A DNA stretch of 63,503 nucleotides, the filler included, from Sphaeroforma arctica JP610 (Eukaryota): NCBI RefSeq assembly GCF_001186125.1. It is 7 parts of one record of this genome, joined end to end, with 100 filler letters (N's around TTAATTAATTAA, not from the genome) between each part and the next. Parts side by side here need not be neighbours in the genome. Positions count along the whole stretch, not along the records: positions 1 to 9,514 come from NW_014040532.1; positions 9,615 to 16,064 come from NW_014040532.1; 5 more parts are not named here. One strand, 5' to 3'. The notes beneath the pieces were generated by a model. The model was not told where the DNA came from. It was given only the letters and a program-made list of their open reading frames with translations, and did no database searches. Shown piece after piece: positions 1 through 12,900 of this stretch (position 1 is the first letter of the stretch; each line of letters begins with the position of its first letter). The translations under genes and the position numbers were made by a program.

Positions 1-39
<39 letters not shown>

Positions 40-98
40 ATATATATATATATATATATATTATATATACTATATATATATATATATATATATATCTA

Positions 99-130
<32 letters not shown>

Positions 131-148
131 ATATATATATATATCTAT
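1..148. repeat. (TA)n microsatellite
   Basis: Near-pure TA dinucleotide run. Confidence 0.95.
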
Positions 149-162
149 ATTATCACGTGTAC

Positions 163-450
163 CTTAGCAAGGTAAGGTCTATAAATGCAGCAATTCTCAA
201 AGTTGGTTAGATTCTCAGTTCCTGCATGTTGTACACATCGCTGATATATTCCCAATTGTTCCAAATTGTTGACAGAAGTACACAAGTATTCCATTGCAGC
301 CATGTCTGTAGAAGTGCACAGAACCTCATACCTCATTAAACTTCCTTCCGGGGCCTGCCACTCCCCTTTTGCGTGCAGGGCGAGTGATAGAGAAACGGCT
401 GTTATAGTAACCCCGCCTAGTAGGAGTCGAACGTAAGGCAGTCTGCTCAT
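163..450 (-). CDS. Probable first coding exon of a divergently transcribed gene of unknown function, with N-terminal signal/anchor
   Basis: ATG at 450, MSRLPYVRLLLGGVTITAVSLSLALHA (hydrophobic N-terminus), non-repetitive 96 codons ending at AAG|GTACAC donor (162); the rest would lie left of the window. Confidence 0.5.
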
Positions 451-1149
451 CTCGGATCCGTGAAAGAAGGTTATAGTATGATGTATGCTTTTGTAAGGCG
501 AAGGTCTCTATATATGTGAAGTAGCAAGCGTGCGCGTGTGATTACTCGATCAAGGGTGTGTACCTATTTCCACTTATGACCGATGTGAAAATAGTGTGAG
601 CCATCTCTGTCCTGCGGAATTTGCGATTCATTTTTTAAACCCTAGCGGCTAGCAACCCTACACTGTATTCTTTTTGGGGGTTTTCTATGGAAAAAACCAT
701 ATAATATTTGTATATTTATTTATTTACATATATAGTGATACGGTAAATGCGCGGGAGCAACTCCCTTTTTTAGTGCCGCTCAGCACAGACGATCACAAAA
801 TAAATAAATACATGAATAAAAACCCCAAATTCCAAACATCGCAACTAGACTTACCAGAGACCAGTGACTACTCTCTGTAGTAGAGACAGTAGAGAGAGAG
901 AGAGCATCCCACACAACAGTCAAACAACAACACAATCAAGAGAGCGATAAAACTAATAGTGATAGGATAGCCCGCACTAGTGATATAGGTCACTCCCACA
1001 CAAGAAAAAATATTAATTTTAATATTGAAATCTATCTATAGCATTCATAGCCCACACTATACAAGAAGCACATTGCAGCATACGACACTCACTGCCACAT
1101 TACAGTACCAGGTACATCGCTTCATGACAACTAACTAATAACTGATACA

Positions 1150-4100
1150 ATGGAGCTCGGCCCGGACCCGCACTCGTTTGCGAATTTCAAACACGCCAAA
1201 ACAACGCAAATTGATTTGGTGCTCAATTGTGACTTTGAAGCAAAGGAGTTCCATGGGCATGTGGACATCACTGTGGATTTGTTGCAGGACACAGATGTGG
1301 TGCTACTCGACATTTCTGGGCTGAAAATTCAGGAATGTTCCGAGGCCGATTCCGGAAAAAAATTGGGTAAGCAATTTGTGGTTAGCTGCTGTTCTGATTC
1401 AAAACAGGATACGGTGCACAGTATATCTGCCTGTGACTTAGAGAGATAAGGTGTAGTCTGTCTATGCATTGTATTTCCGTATTGTGTAAGATTGGTTTGG
1501 CAACACACTCAGGTAGAACAGGTACTCTATTGGCCTGGGCGTAGCATGGGGTGAGTTATGGAGTTGAGTAATGTATTCACACGATCTCATCTCTATAAGT
1601 TTAAAAGTTTTCCTTTTGTTTTAGCGTTGAGTGGATTAGCTTGCCTCTGGCACATTCCGCACATGTCGATGTGCTCACCATTGCAACACTTCTTTGTTAT
1701 TCTCTCACTTTAGATGTTTACGCTTTGTTTATATCAGCGTAAACGCCAACGTCGATCCGAACACCAATGAACTCGTGTCATTCGCTTACCCCCAGTCTAG
1801 CCGACAGCTTCCCTTTCGCTGTCTGTGCATTGAATGCCCTCTCATGAGACATCCCACTGTATGCCGTGTAGCTTATTCCTATTTGTGGTCCTTTCGTCGT
1901 ACGATAAATCCTCAAGCATCGTTCGGTTATTTTTGGTTGATTGATCTGCGGTGCTCAGGTCAGGGGCATGAGTCCATTTGCAGCTATTTTGTGGCCTATT
2001 TATATATATATACACAGTGTGGTCTATATATATATATATATACAGTCCTGGTCATTAGCCTATTTGCACCAGCTTACCACAACATAGCCTAGCACCCCAC
2101 AGGCCCTCTTGATTCAATGGTGTGCTCTCTAGTGATGGCACATGTGTAGCACCTCTCAGTTGATGCATAGCCGTAGTTTCCCATACACATACTCCATCCG
2201 CTTTAATTGCTTTGCTTGCTTGCGCTGAGACTTGTAAACCGGGTTTATGTGGTCCTCAACCTCGTTCTGTCGTACAGGGTCCTTGCAATTGCACTACACC
2301 ACATCCTCTTCCGATGTACTCGTCCGTCCTTGTCACCTGAGTTAAGTCTCCCCCACGTGTGTCTATCTCTTCACTCTGCTCACCCCCACGTGTGTCTATC
2401 TCTTCGCTCTGCTTACCACCTCACTACTGTGCGGCGGTGTGTAGACTACAGCACTGCCACCCAGGCGTACTGCGGCTCATGTCTCGAGGTGAAGCTACCG
2501 CCCAATGCGTGCACCAAGGGATCGCAGGCGAAGGTCAGAGTCAAGTACAACACCACAGCACAGTCCAGCGGAATCCAATGGCTGTCACCGTCGCAGACAA
2601 AGGGGGGTGACCAACCCTTCTGCTTCACACAGTGCCAGGCCATACAGACGCGCACGGTGCTGCCTTGCCAGGTACCGTTGCCATAGCAACTGAGATAGTT
2701 CAGGTTTTTACTCGAAACGCAGGGGTTTGAGATACAACTTGTGGTGTATATGTATGTGTAGATGTATATGTATAAGTAAAAGTACGTATATATATATATA
2801 TATATGTAAATATAAAAATATATGTATATGTATATGTAGAAGCAAATGTATAGATCCCAGGTGTTTAGGGTTTAAAATTCAATCGCCTCCAGACCCCCCG
2901 CCCTGTCAATACACCCCTGAAGTGATACCCCATGCCATCGCTGAATATGTCCACTCCACCCTACCCCCGCTTCCATCCCCCACACCGCCTACCCCCTCAG
3001 GACACCCCCTCCGTTAAGGCACCCTTCAGCTTCACCATCACCGTCCCTTCAGACCTCACGGCTGTGTGCAGTGGTCTCAGACAAGGCGAGCCAACACCCA
3101 ATGGCGATGGCACGCACACGTTTGTGTACCACCAGCCCATGCCTGTCATGGCCTATCTCATTGCCGCGGCGGTAGGTAAGTTGGCCAAGGCGAGTCTCGG
3201 CCCAAGGAGTGACCTGTACGCCGAACCAGAGATTCTCGAGGCTGCCAGGTGTGTGTTAGGTTGTACGGTGGGTTCTCTGATGTGTATGTGGGTAGTGGGT
3301 CTACTGTCGCTATTGCTACCGTGGTTATTGTTAGAAGTGTTGTAGCTGTCTATGTGTGGTAGTTTGATGGTTGTGGTTGTGTAGTAGTGGTCTCATGTTT
3401 TTGGTTTGTGTTGACTTGTCATGTCTTTGGGACGTATTGATTCGCAGATGGTGTGTGTGGTCGTTTGATGGTTGTGGTTGTGTAGTGGTGGTCTCATATT
3501 TTTGGTTTGTATTGACTTGTCATGTCTTTGGTTTGTATTCATTTGCAGATGGTGTGTGTGGTCGTTTGATGGTTGTGGTTGTGTAGTAGTGATCTTATGT
3601 CTTTGGTTTGTATTGACTTGCCATGTCTTTGGTTTGTATTCATTTGCAGATGGTGTGTGTGGTCATTTGATGGTTGTGGTTGTGTAGTAGTGGTCTCATA
3701 TTTTTGGTTTGTACTGACTTGTCATGTCTTTGGTTTGTATTCATTTGCAGATGGTGTGTGTGGTCGTTTGATGGTTGTGTTTATGTAGCAGTCGTCTCAT
3801 GTCTTTGGTGTACATTCACTTGCAGATGGGAGTACGATGGCATTACAGAGACCTTCATTGTTGAGGCTGAGAAAGTGTGCGGTACGGAATACAAATGGAA
3901 GACGTATGACATTGTCATGCTGCCCAGTTCCTTTGCGTATGGAGGCATGGAGAAGTAAGTGCCTTTAGGGTTTTAGGGTTTTAGGGTTTGGTTGCCCTTG
4001 TGTTGCTGTTACACAGGTGTGTGCATGTCCTTTTTACTACCGTGGAGTGTCGTGCTATTCGGTTGTGAGGTTCATTTTTTGGCGTCTGTGCGAGTTTAAG

Positions 4101-7100
4101 TTACATCTGCCACGCGTTGGGTCCGGCCCGTTGGTACTGATTGTCCGACGGTCTTGCGGACGATTCGTGGACTGGGCATGCTTCCACCTGCACTGATCAT
4201 CACTGCGATAAAACCCTAACACCCTAAAACCCTAAAACCCTAAAACCCTAGGACCTCACCATCAATGTGGTTCCGTACGTTGACGTCTGAATTCAAAGTC
4301 ACAGATTGCGTGTCTTAACTTCCACTCCTTTCATCTGACGCTGCTATTGTGTTTCGTCCATTGACGTTTGAGTCCAATGTCACAGATTGCGTGTCTTATC
4401 TTCCGCTCCTTTCATCTGACGCTGCTGTTGTGTTTCGTCCGTTGACGTTTGAGTCCAATGTCACAGATTGCGTGTCTTAACTTCCGCTTCTTTCATCTGA
4501 TGTTGCTGTTGTGGTTCGTCGTGCACAGCCCCAATGCCACGTTCTTGTCGTCTGCGTTGCTCGCCGGAGACAAAAGTCTCACCACAACACTCGCCCACGA
4601 AATCACCCACAGCTGGTATGTACAGGTGGTTTGTGTAGTTGGTATGTATAGTTGGTATGTACAGTTGGTGTGTGTAGTTGGTATGTATAGTTGGTATGTA
4701 TAGTTGGTATGTATAGTTGGTATGTATAGTTGGCGTGTGCAGTTGGTATGTATAGTTGGTATGTATAGTTGGTATGTATAGTTGGTATGTATAGTTGGTA
4801 TGTATAGTTGATATGTATAGTTGGCGTGTGCAGTTGGTATGTATAGTTGGTACGTATAGTTGGTATGTATAGTTGGTATGTATAGTTGGTAAGCATAGTT
4901 GGTAGTTTGGGGTGTTCTGTAGTGTACACTCAGAATAACAAGTCTTATGAGCAGCACATGGTGTCTGAACACTTTAGAGTTGCCGTTGATGTGTGCAGTG
5001 TAGGTTGTAGCTGATGTAGTGCCTTGGCGTGTGCATAAGGAGATCTGCATGCGTGTGGTGCGATTGATATGTCGTATCTGTGGCCATGGCTCACTCACGA
5101 CTTTATCGAACGTTAAACGGAGATGCAAAATGTTTCCGTGTGCTCACTTCTACGTCTTGTGCTTTTGACTGTTTCATTGCTCAGGTGCGGAAATATGGTC
5201 ACGAACGCGTTCTGGAAAGACTTCTGGCTCAATGAGGTACGTCTATCGGCAGTTGTTGGGTTAGTTGAGATGGATTATAGTACACGTTTTAGGGTTCTAG
5301 GGTCTTAAGGTTTTAGGGTTTATAGTTGAGGTGAACCCCTTTGAAGGCGCCCCTATGTGTCAGCGGCTTCCGTTGGATATCCTTCAGAAGGGCCGTTTTA
5401 GGGTTTAGGGTTTAAAACGAGGTGTTGGCTGTTCAGTGTGTATGTCGTAGCTGTGGTGAGAGATGAATGCTGAAAGCAAATGAACTGTATCTTGGTATTT
5501 AGGGCTTCCCGTGCGAGTGCATCGATGAGCTTCTTTGTACTGTCATTGTTGTGTGTCTGTTGTGTCTTTTGTGTGTGTCTGTTGTGTCGTAGATGGAAGG
5601 GACTGTCTGCCTGTGGTAGTTGTTGGGGTGTTTCATGACTCATTGTCTTTCTCAGTCACTGTTGTGTATGTTCTCGTGTTGATTTGTTAGAGTGTGCGTG
5701 TGTTGGCTGTGGTTTGTTGTTGGGGTGTTTCATGACTCATTGTCTTTCTCAGTCACTGTTGTGTATATTCTCGTGTTGATTTGTGAGAGTGTGCGTGTGT
5801 TGGTTGTGGTTGTTGTTGGGGTATTTCATGACTCATTGTCCTTCTCAGTCACTGTTGTGTATGTTCTCGTGTTGATTTGTCAGAGTGTGCGTGTGTTGGC
5901 TGTGGTTGTTGTTGGGGTGTTTCATGACTCATTGTCTTTCTCAGTCACTGTTGTGTATATTCTCGTATTGATTTGTTAGAGTGTGCGTGTTTTGGCTGTG
6001 GTTGTTGTTGGAGTGTTTCATGACTCATTGTCCTTCCCAATCCCTGTTGTTGTGTATATTCTCCAATTCATTTTGGCCTTGGTGTTTGTATCGTTGTTGT
6101 TCGCGTGCCTTTGAGGTCTTGAACTAACCGGTGTTTAGGGTTTTAGGGTTAGGGTTTTGGGATCGGTGTGCGGTGTCTACTACACCATATACCTACTGTC
6201 GCGTGGCTGTGGTTTGATTGGTTGCTCTGTTCTTCTCAGGGTTTCACGCGCTATGTGGAGAGACGAATTCTCGGCGCAATGTTTGGGCCAGCGTACCGTG
6301 GACTACAGATGACATACGGCTATTTTGATTTGATTAAGGTGAGCATGTAGTGTGTGTTAGGGTGTAGTGTCTCGCCTTTCTATTCTATTTTGATTTGATT
6401 AAGGTGAGCATGTAGTGTGTGTTAGAGTGTAGTGTCTTGCCTTTCTATTCCATTTTGATTTTATTGACTTGAGCATGTAGTGTGTGTTAGAGTGTAGTGT
6501 CTTGCCCTTCTATTCTATTGTGAGTTAATTATAGTGTGTGCACATAGTGTGGTGCTGTGTTGCAGTCCGTCTTGGTTTTCCTTTGACCTCTGTTTGGCTG
6601 CCCTCGGGATTGCTTTATTTCGTTGGAGGTGTGGGCAGATGACTAAAATCCGCCGTTGTGCACGATTCCAGGCACACTCGTATGACAAATAGCCCAACCC
6701 CTGGGTTTATGACAATTACCACAACCCTTGGGTTTTTCTACCACACACGACAGAACTGCAACTTCCTGGCGCATCGGCCGTACCTACTGAAACTGCAGCC
6801 AGAGATTGTGGGGGTGGACCCAGATGAGTCCTTCTCCCGCATTCCCTATGAGAAGGGGTCATTGTTTCTGCACTATCTCGAGGGCATTGTGGGCGGAGAA
6901 CAGCCCATGACCACATGGTTGCGCACGTACTTTACTGACTTTGCCGAGCAGAGTGTGACTACGGACGATTTCAGGGTACGTGAATACGTGAGAAAAGTGA
7001 GAGAAGTGAGGGTGGGGGTGGCTGCTGCTGTCTAGGGGCCTATTAGTTGTTGCCTATCAATTGTGTGTAGTGTGTCATGTATGGTGTGGCATATTGCAAT

Positions 7101-8108
7101 GGATGTGTAGATCGTGATGTGGCCCATATAGTATCAATAGATCTGTTCAATTAGGGACGTGCTAATGACTCTGTTTACTTCTACACGTACGAATGCAAGG
7201 ACTCTGCTCAATAATAAATAGAGCTCTCACACCCACTCAACCCACCCACAGGACCACTTCACGGCCCATTTCACCAAAGCGGGTGTGGACATGTCTGGTG
7301 TGGCCTGGGATCATTGGCTGCATGGGGTGGGTCTGCCAGACTACGACATCTACGCCCATATCGACAACTCCATGACCGTACGCTGCAAAGAGATAGCACA
7401 CACGTGGTTACACGACGACGGCAACGGAGCCAACGCGAGTGATATAGACGGCATGAAGGCGCATCAGGTGATGGTTATCTTGGACACCATTATAAACGAG
7501 AACACGCACTTCTCCGGCGACAAACTAGACCGGATGGACAGCACATACCACTTCTCAGAGACTAAGAACTGTGAGATTGGATTCCGATGGTTCCTGCTTT
7601 GTTTGAAGAATAACCACAGGTCATGTTTTGAGGGCGTTAAGGCGTATCTGAGCCGCAACGGACGGGGTAAGTATAGCTTGTAAGTGTTTAGGGATTGTCA
7701 GCTGATTGGTTTGTAGGGCTGTTCAGTTTCCTGGTCTCCTATGTACAGGTATTTTGAGGTCGGTTCAAATTTTGTGTTCAAGCCTTCACACATCGTGCAT
7801 GGCAATTGACCTGCGCAATGCTGCAATAGAGCGTTGCTACTTCATTAACTCGTATCACAGAATGCTTATCTTATCGTCTGTGTGCCTCCCTCTCTCTTCA
7901 TTAGCTTGTATCACAGAATGCTTATCTTATCGTCTGTGTGCGTCTCTCTCTCTCTCTCTCACACACATCTACAGGTGTGTACGTGAAACCATTGTACGTT
8001 GAGCTGTATCGCGTCGATCCCGAGTATGCACGCGAGGTGTATGGCGGTCTAAGTGACTTCTACATGGACGTGGTGGCTGAACCCATCAAGAAGACGTTGG
8101 AGCTGTAG
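1150..8108 (+). CDS. LTA4H: M1-family zinc aminopeptidase, leukotriene A4 hydrolase-like (10 exons, complete)
   Basis: Exons 1150-1366, 2445-2671, 3001-3248, 3826-3954, 4529-4615, 5185-5236, 6240-6338, 6754-6975, 7252-7666, 7975-8108; all GT-AG with consistent phases. Motifs DPHSFAN, FTQCQAI..R..LPCQDTPSVK, GGMENP, HEITH-x18-E (HEITHSWCGNMVTNAFWKDFWLNEG), PYEKG, NCEIGFRW; TAG at 8106-8108. Confidence 0.95.
3345..3830. repeat. ~101-bp intronic tandem repeat (~4.5 copies) ending at the exon 4 acceptor
   Basis: Unit containing TT(T/C)GCAGATGG recurs about every 101 bp. Confidence 0.85.
4616..4905. repeat. 13-bp minisatellite GTTGGTATGTATA starting at the exon 5 donor
   Basis: Unit directly visible, about 20 copies. 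Confidence 0.9.
5610..6060. repeat. ~96-bp intronic tandem repeat (~5 copies)
   Basis: TTTCATGACTCATTGTC recurs at 5631, 5728, 5824, 5920 and ~6017. Confidence 0.85.
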
Positions 8109-8109
8109 A

Positions 8110-8670
8110 CCCATTACATTACACTAGTGCTTTAATAAAGGCCTGCTACATAGACATAGAGGTATACGCCCATTACACTAGTGCTTTAGATAAAGGCTTG
8201 CTACATAGTCATAGAGGTATACGTCCATTACACTAGTGCTTTAATAAAGGCCTGCTACATAGTCATAGAGGTATAGACCCATTACACTAGTGCTTTAATT
8301 AAGGCCTGCTACATTGTCATAGAGGTATACGCCCATTACACTAGTGCTTAAATAAAGGCTTGCTACATAGTCATAGAGGTATACGCCCATTACACTAGTG
8401 CTTTAATAAAGGCCTGCTATATAGTCTTAGAGGTATAGACTCATTACACTAGTGCTTTAATAAAGGCCTGCTACATAATCATAGAGGTATACAGCCAATA
8501 CACTAGTGTTTTAATAAAGGCCTGCTACATAGTCATAGAGGTATAGACCCATTACACTAGTGCTTTAATAAAGGCCTGCTACATAGTCATAGAGGCATAC
8601 GCCCATTACACTAGTGCTTTAATAAAGGCCTGCTACATAGAGTCATAGAGGTATAGACCCATTACACTGG
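8110..8670. repeat. ~54-bp tandem repeat (~10 copies) immediately after the LTA4H stop; most units carry AATAAA
   Basis: Unit CCCATTACACTAGTGCTTTAATAAAGGCCTGCTACATAGTCATAGAGGTATA... Confidence 0.9.
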
Positions 8671-9817
8671 TAACCTAACATACGCCTGCTGTAGAGACAT
8701 AGGTGCATAGAGTCATAAAGTTATTTATAGGGCCTTCGCTACATAGACAGAGGTGCGTGGACTGGACGCGAACCTCCCAACAGAGCCACAGGGTGTCAAT
8801 AAAGGACACACAGGCTGTTATTAAAGAACATGCAATTGTCAAAACAGCCGGTGCACTCGAGTGGTGGAGTCAAAACAGCCGTTACACTCGAGTGGTGGAG
8901 TCAAAACAGCCGGTACACTCGAGTGCCGACCTGGATATTTCTAAAATGGGCTGGTGCGATAAATCGGTGGAATGTCCTGGTAGTCTGGGTTGTGGGTTTT
9001 AGGGAAAATACGACTCACTTCACTGCAACTTGCGGATACTATTTGTCACTTGCCTGTCAAGAAATGGGGCTGTGGGTGTCAAAACGGACTATGCAGTCGC
9101 CCGTATTCAAGACACTTTAGGCCGATTTTAGGGTTTAGGGATTTAGCTCAACTGCACGTGGCTGAGGAAGGCAGGTGACAGGTTACACCACAGACACACT
9201 TTAACACGCTACTCTCATGATACCGTCAGGTGACAGGTTACACCACAGACACACTTTAACACGCTACTCTCATGATACCGTAGACTGGACAGTATGCGAC
9301 AGGAATGGAGACAGTCTGAGCCACAGACACTTCAACACGCTGCTCTCATACCGTAGACTCTGAACAGTATACGAAAGGAATGGCGACAGTCTGAGCCACA
9401 GACACACTTTAACACGCTGCTCTCATGATACCGTAGACTCTGAACAGTATACAACAGAAATGGCGTTTGAGCCACCCCCCACTTGTGAGCGTCATGCCAT
9501 CGATGTTTGATACTNNNNNNNNNNNNNNNNNNNNNNNNNNNNNNNNNNNNNNNNNNNNTTAATTAATTAANNNNNNNNNNNNNNNNNNNNNNNNNNNNNN
9601 NNNNNNNNNNNNNNCACACACACCACTTGCAACACACACACACATCACTTGCAACACACACACACATCACTTACAACACATACACACACATCACTTGCAA
9701 CACACACACACACACACACATCACTTGCAACACACACATACACACACACATCACTTGCAACACACACACACATACAGACTCACTTGCAACACACACACAC
9801 ACACACACTTCACTTGC

Positions 9818-9850
<33 letters not shown>

Positions 9851-9970
9851 CACTTGCAACACACACACATACACATCGCTTGCAATACACACACACACAA
9901 ATCACTTACAACATAACACACACTCATCACTTACAACACACACACACATGCACGCACATATCACTTGCAG

Positions 9971-12900
9971 GGACGATCCAACAAGTATGCGGACTAGGCT
10001 GCTGATTCGCATGCCCACACCAGCTGACTTCAGTTTCAGTGGCACTGTGTGTTCGTACGGCTACTTCTGTCTGCCACCACAGGTGTGTTGCTACACGTGG
10101 TCTCTGCTGTACTTCTGACAGCTTTAGGGCTAGGGTTTTAGGGTTAAACTCAAACCCTAAAACCCTAAACCCTAAATCGGCTCTGTTGCACATCTGACAT
10201 GGGCTATTCGCAAACTGTGTATGCTGGGTTGAGATAATCCTGGCACATGTTTGTTTTAGGGTTTGTAAGCTTAGTGACACATCTACATCTAATATGTATG
10301 CATGCATATTAGCAGTATCCATGACTAGCACTTATATTGCCTACTCATGTTCATTTGTTATGTCTGTCATCATGAGCATTTGTTTAGTTTATTTGTCATC
10401 ATCAGCTTATTATTTTAGTCCATGGGGTTTTTTTTAAAACCCTATATCCATCGCGAGCACTTCTGCCCCGTACCCCTCACCATGCTGTTCCCTCCGTTGC
10501 CATGGTTACACAGAGTTGGATACCTTCCACCGATAAGGACAACGCCGATGGCGGAGTGTTTGAGCGTCCGCTGAGATATGGGTACAACTACAGCGAAACC
10601 GTTTACGTGCGCATAACATTGCTGAGGCAGAGAGTGGATGGGGTGGGTGAGTGAGTTGGTTGTGTTGTGTGGTGAGTGAGTTGGTTGTGTTGTGTGGTGA
10701 GTGAGTTGGTTGTGTTGTGTGGTGAGTGAGTTGGTTGTGTTGTGTGGTGAGTGAGTTGGTTGTGTTGTGTTGTGTGGTGAGTGAGTGAGTTGGTTGTGTG
10801 GTGAGTGAGTTGGTTATGTTGTGTGGTGAGTGAGCTGGTTGTGCTATGTTGTGTGGTGAGTGAGTTGGTTGTGTTGTGTGGTGAGTGAGTTGGCTGTGTG
10901 TATGTGGTTTAGAGTGTCTGTCGTTCATTTGAGTGTGTTGTTTTGCCCATTGATTAGGTCATGCATGGTTCCATGTGTTCGTATAGATCTGTGTGCGGTT
11001 TATAGTGTCTGTTGTTCATTTGAGTGTGTTGTTGTGTCTATTGATTAGGTCATGTATGGTTCCATGTGTTCGTATAGATCTGTATGTGGTTTAGAGTGTC
11101 TGTTGTTCATTTGAGTGTGTTGATCTATGTGTGGTTTAGTATAGATCTGTGTGTGGTTTAGAGTGTCTGTTGTTCATTTGAGTGTGTTGTTGTGTCTATT
11201 GATTAGGTCATGTATGGTTCCATGTGTTCGTATAGATCTGTATGTGGTTTAGAGTGGCTGCCCCTATGTCCGTTTTTTGTGTGTGACATATATGTTTAAT
11301 ATATATATTTGTCCGTATTTAAAAACGTATCTGAAACCCCCCCACGCTTGAGCCAAATGCGTTTAGTTTTACCAAAACGTACTCACGTGTCCCGTTTTAT
11401 TTCAACCCCTCCGCCCACAGACCAACCAGCGCTGCAAGTGGAAGAAGTATTGCATGGCGTTAAACGCGACACACCTGTCGTATTCTCAACGTTAACACAG
11501 GGCCATTTGGCACAGATAGGAATGCAAGTCACTCGCATGTTCAGACTGGATGAGGACATCTCCGCATTCCATGCCATGCAGAATGAGGTAAGACGGTTTA
11601 CCCACTACTACTACCATAAACCCTAGAAACCCTAGGTCAACTACCACAATGGTGTGTAATGGTTTGTGTGTTTGAAGGATGTCTATTGGGTCGTGTGCAT
11701 ATGTTATGGTAATGCAGTTATGTTGTGTTGCTGCTACAGCTATTACGAGTGTTAATGGTGTGTATTGGTTTGTTACTACAGCTATTACGAGTGTTAATGG
11801 TGTGTGGTAGTTTGTGTGTTTGTAGGTTGTCTGTTGGGTCGTGTGCATATGTTATGGCAATACAGTTGTGCTGTGTTGCTGCTACAGCTATAACGAGTGT
11901 CAATGGTGTGTAATGGTTTGTTACTACAGCTATTACGAGTGTTAATGGTGTGTAGTGGTTTGTGTGTTTGTAGGTTGTCTGTTGGGCCGTGTGCATATGT
12001 TATGGTAATGCAGTTATGCTGTGTTGCTGCTACAGCTATTGCGAGTGTTTTGCACAGTCACTCAGTCGTCCCATGAACCACCGCACAACTAAAACCTTAA
12101 ACCCTAAAACACAATTCCTTTGTGACCTCTAACGTACCCACTGCCACATATGTCAAGTCACTACACGCACATTACTGCCCTCTATCGTGACATGGATGGT
12201 CTGTCATGTCTGTATCACACATTTAACGTATGTTTTCTGTGTTGTCTGTATCACACGTTTTAACGTATGTTTTCTGTGTTGTCTGTATCACACGGTTTAA
12301 CGTATGTGTTCTGTGATGTCTGTATCAGACATTTTAACGTATGTGTTCTGTGATGTCTGTATCACACGTTTTAACGTGTGTGTTCTGTGATGATATGTAT
12401 CCCACGTCTTAACTTCTATGCTCATGTCACTGGTCATATCTGTGCAGGCTAAAGAGAGAGGCTTTGGCCGTCTGTATCGATCGCCGTCTACGTTTGAGGA
12501 TATGATCAAATCAATCACCAACTCCAACATGACATGGGCTGGCACAGTGCGCATGTGTGCGCTGCTGTGCTTCCATTACGGTACGTCTGGGGTTTTTTGG
12601 GGTTTATAATCTTAACCTAAATCCCTAAAACCCTAAAACTCTGAAACTCTGAAACCATAAACCTCTAAAACATACTACCCCACACTTTAAAACCCTAATA
12701 CTCTGAAAGGTATTTCACACATTGTTGTATAGCGCGTTGTGGTAGCTTACCTCAGAGTCACGCGCTTCCAATGTCCATCAATGGTCTGCCACGTTGTCAG
12801 AAATATGATGATTAGATAGATTAAACTTAATATGATGGTCATATAAATTAAACCTAATGTGATGATTAGATAGATTAAACTTAATATGATGGTCACATAG

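Noticed and set aside
8838..8925. 31-bp repeat GTCAAAACAGCC... x3, CRISPR-like length
   Set aside because: Contiguous tandem copies without spacers.
9559..9570. TTAATTAATTAA embedded in N runs (also at 16109, 35623, 38877, 42303, 45729)
   Set aside because: Identical six-frame-stop linker centred in fixed-length N blocks: an assembly gap spacer, not biological. Gap sizes and contig adjacency are uncertain.
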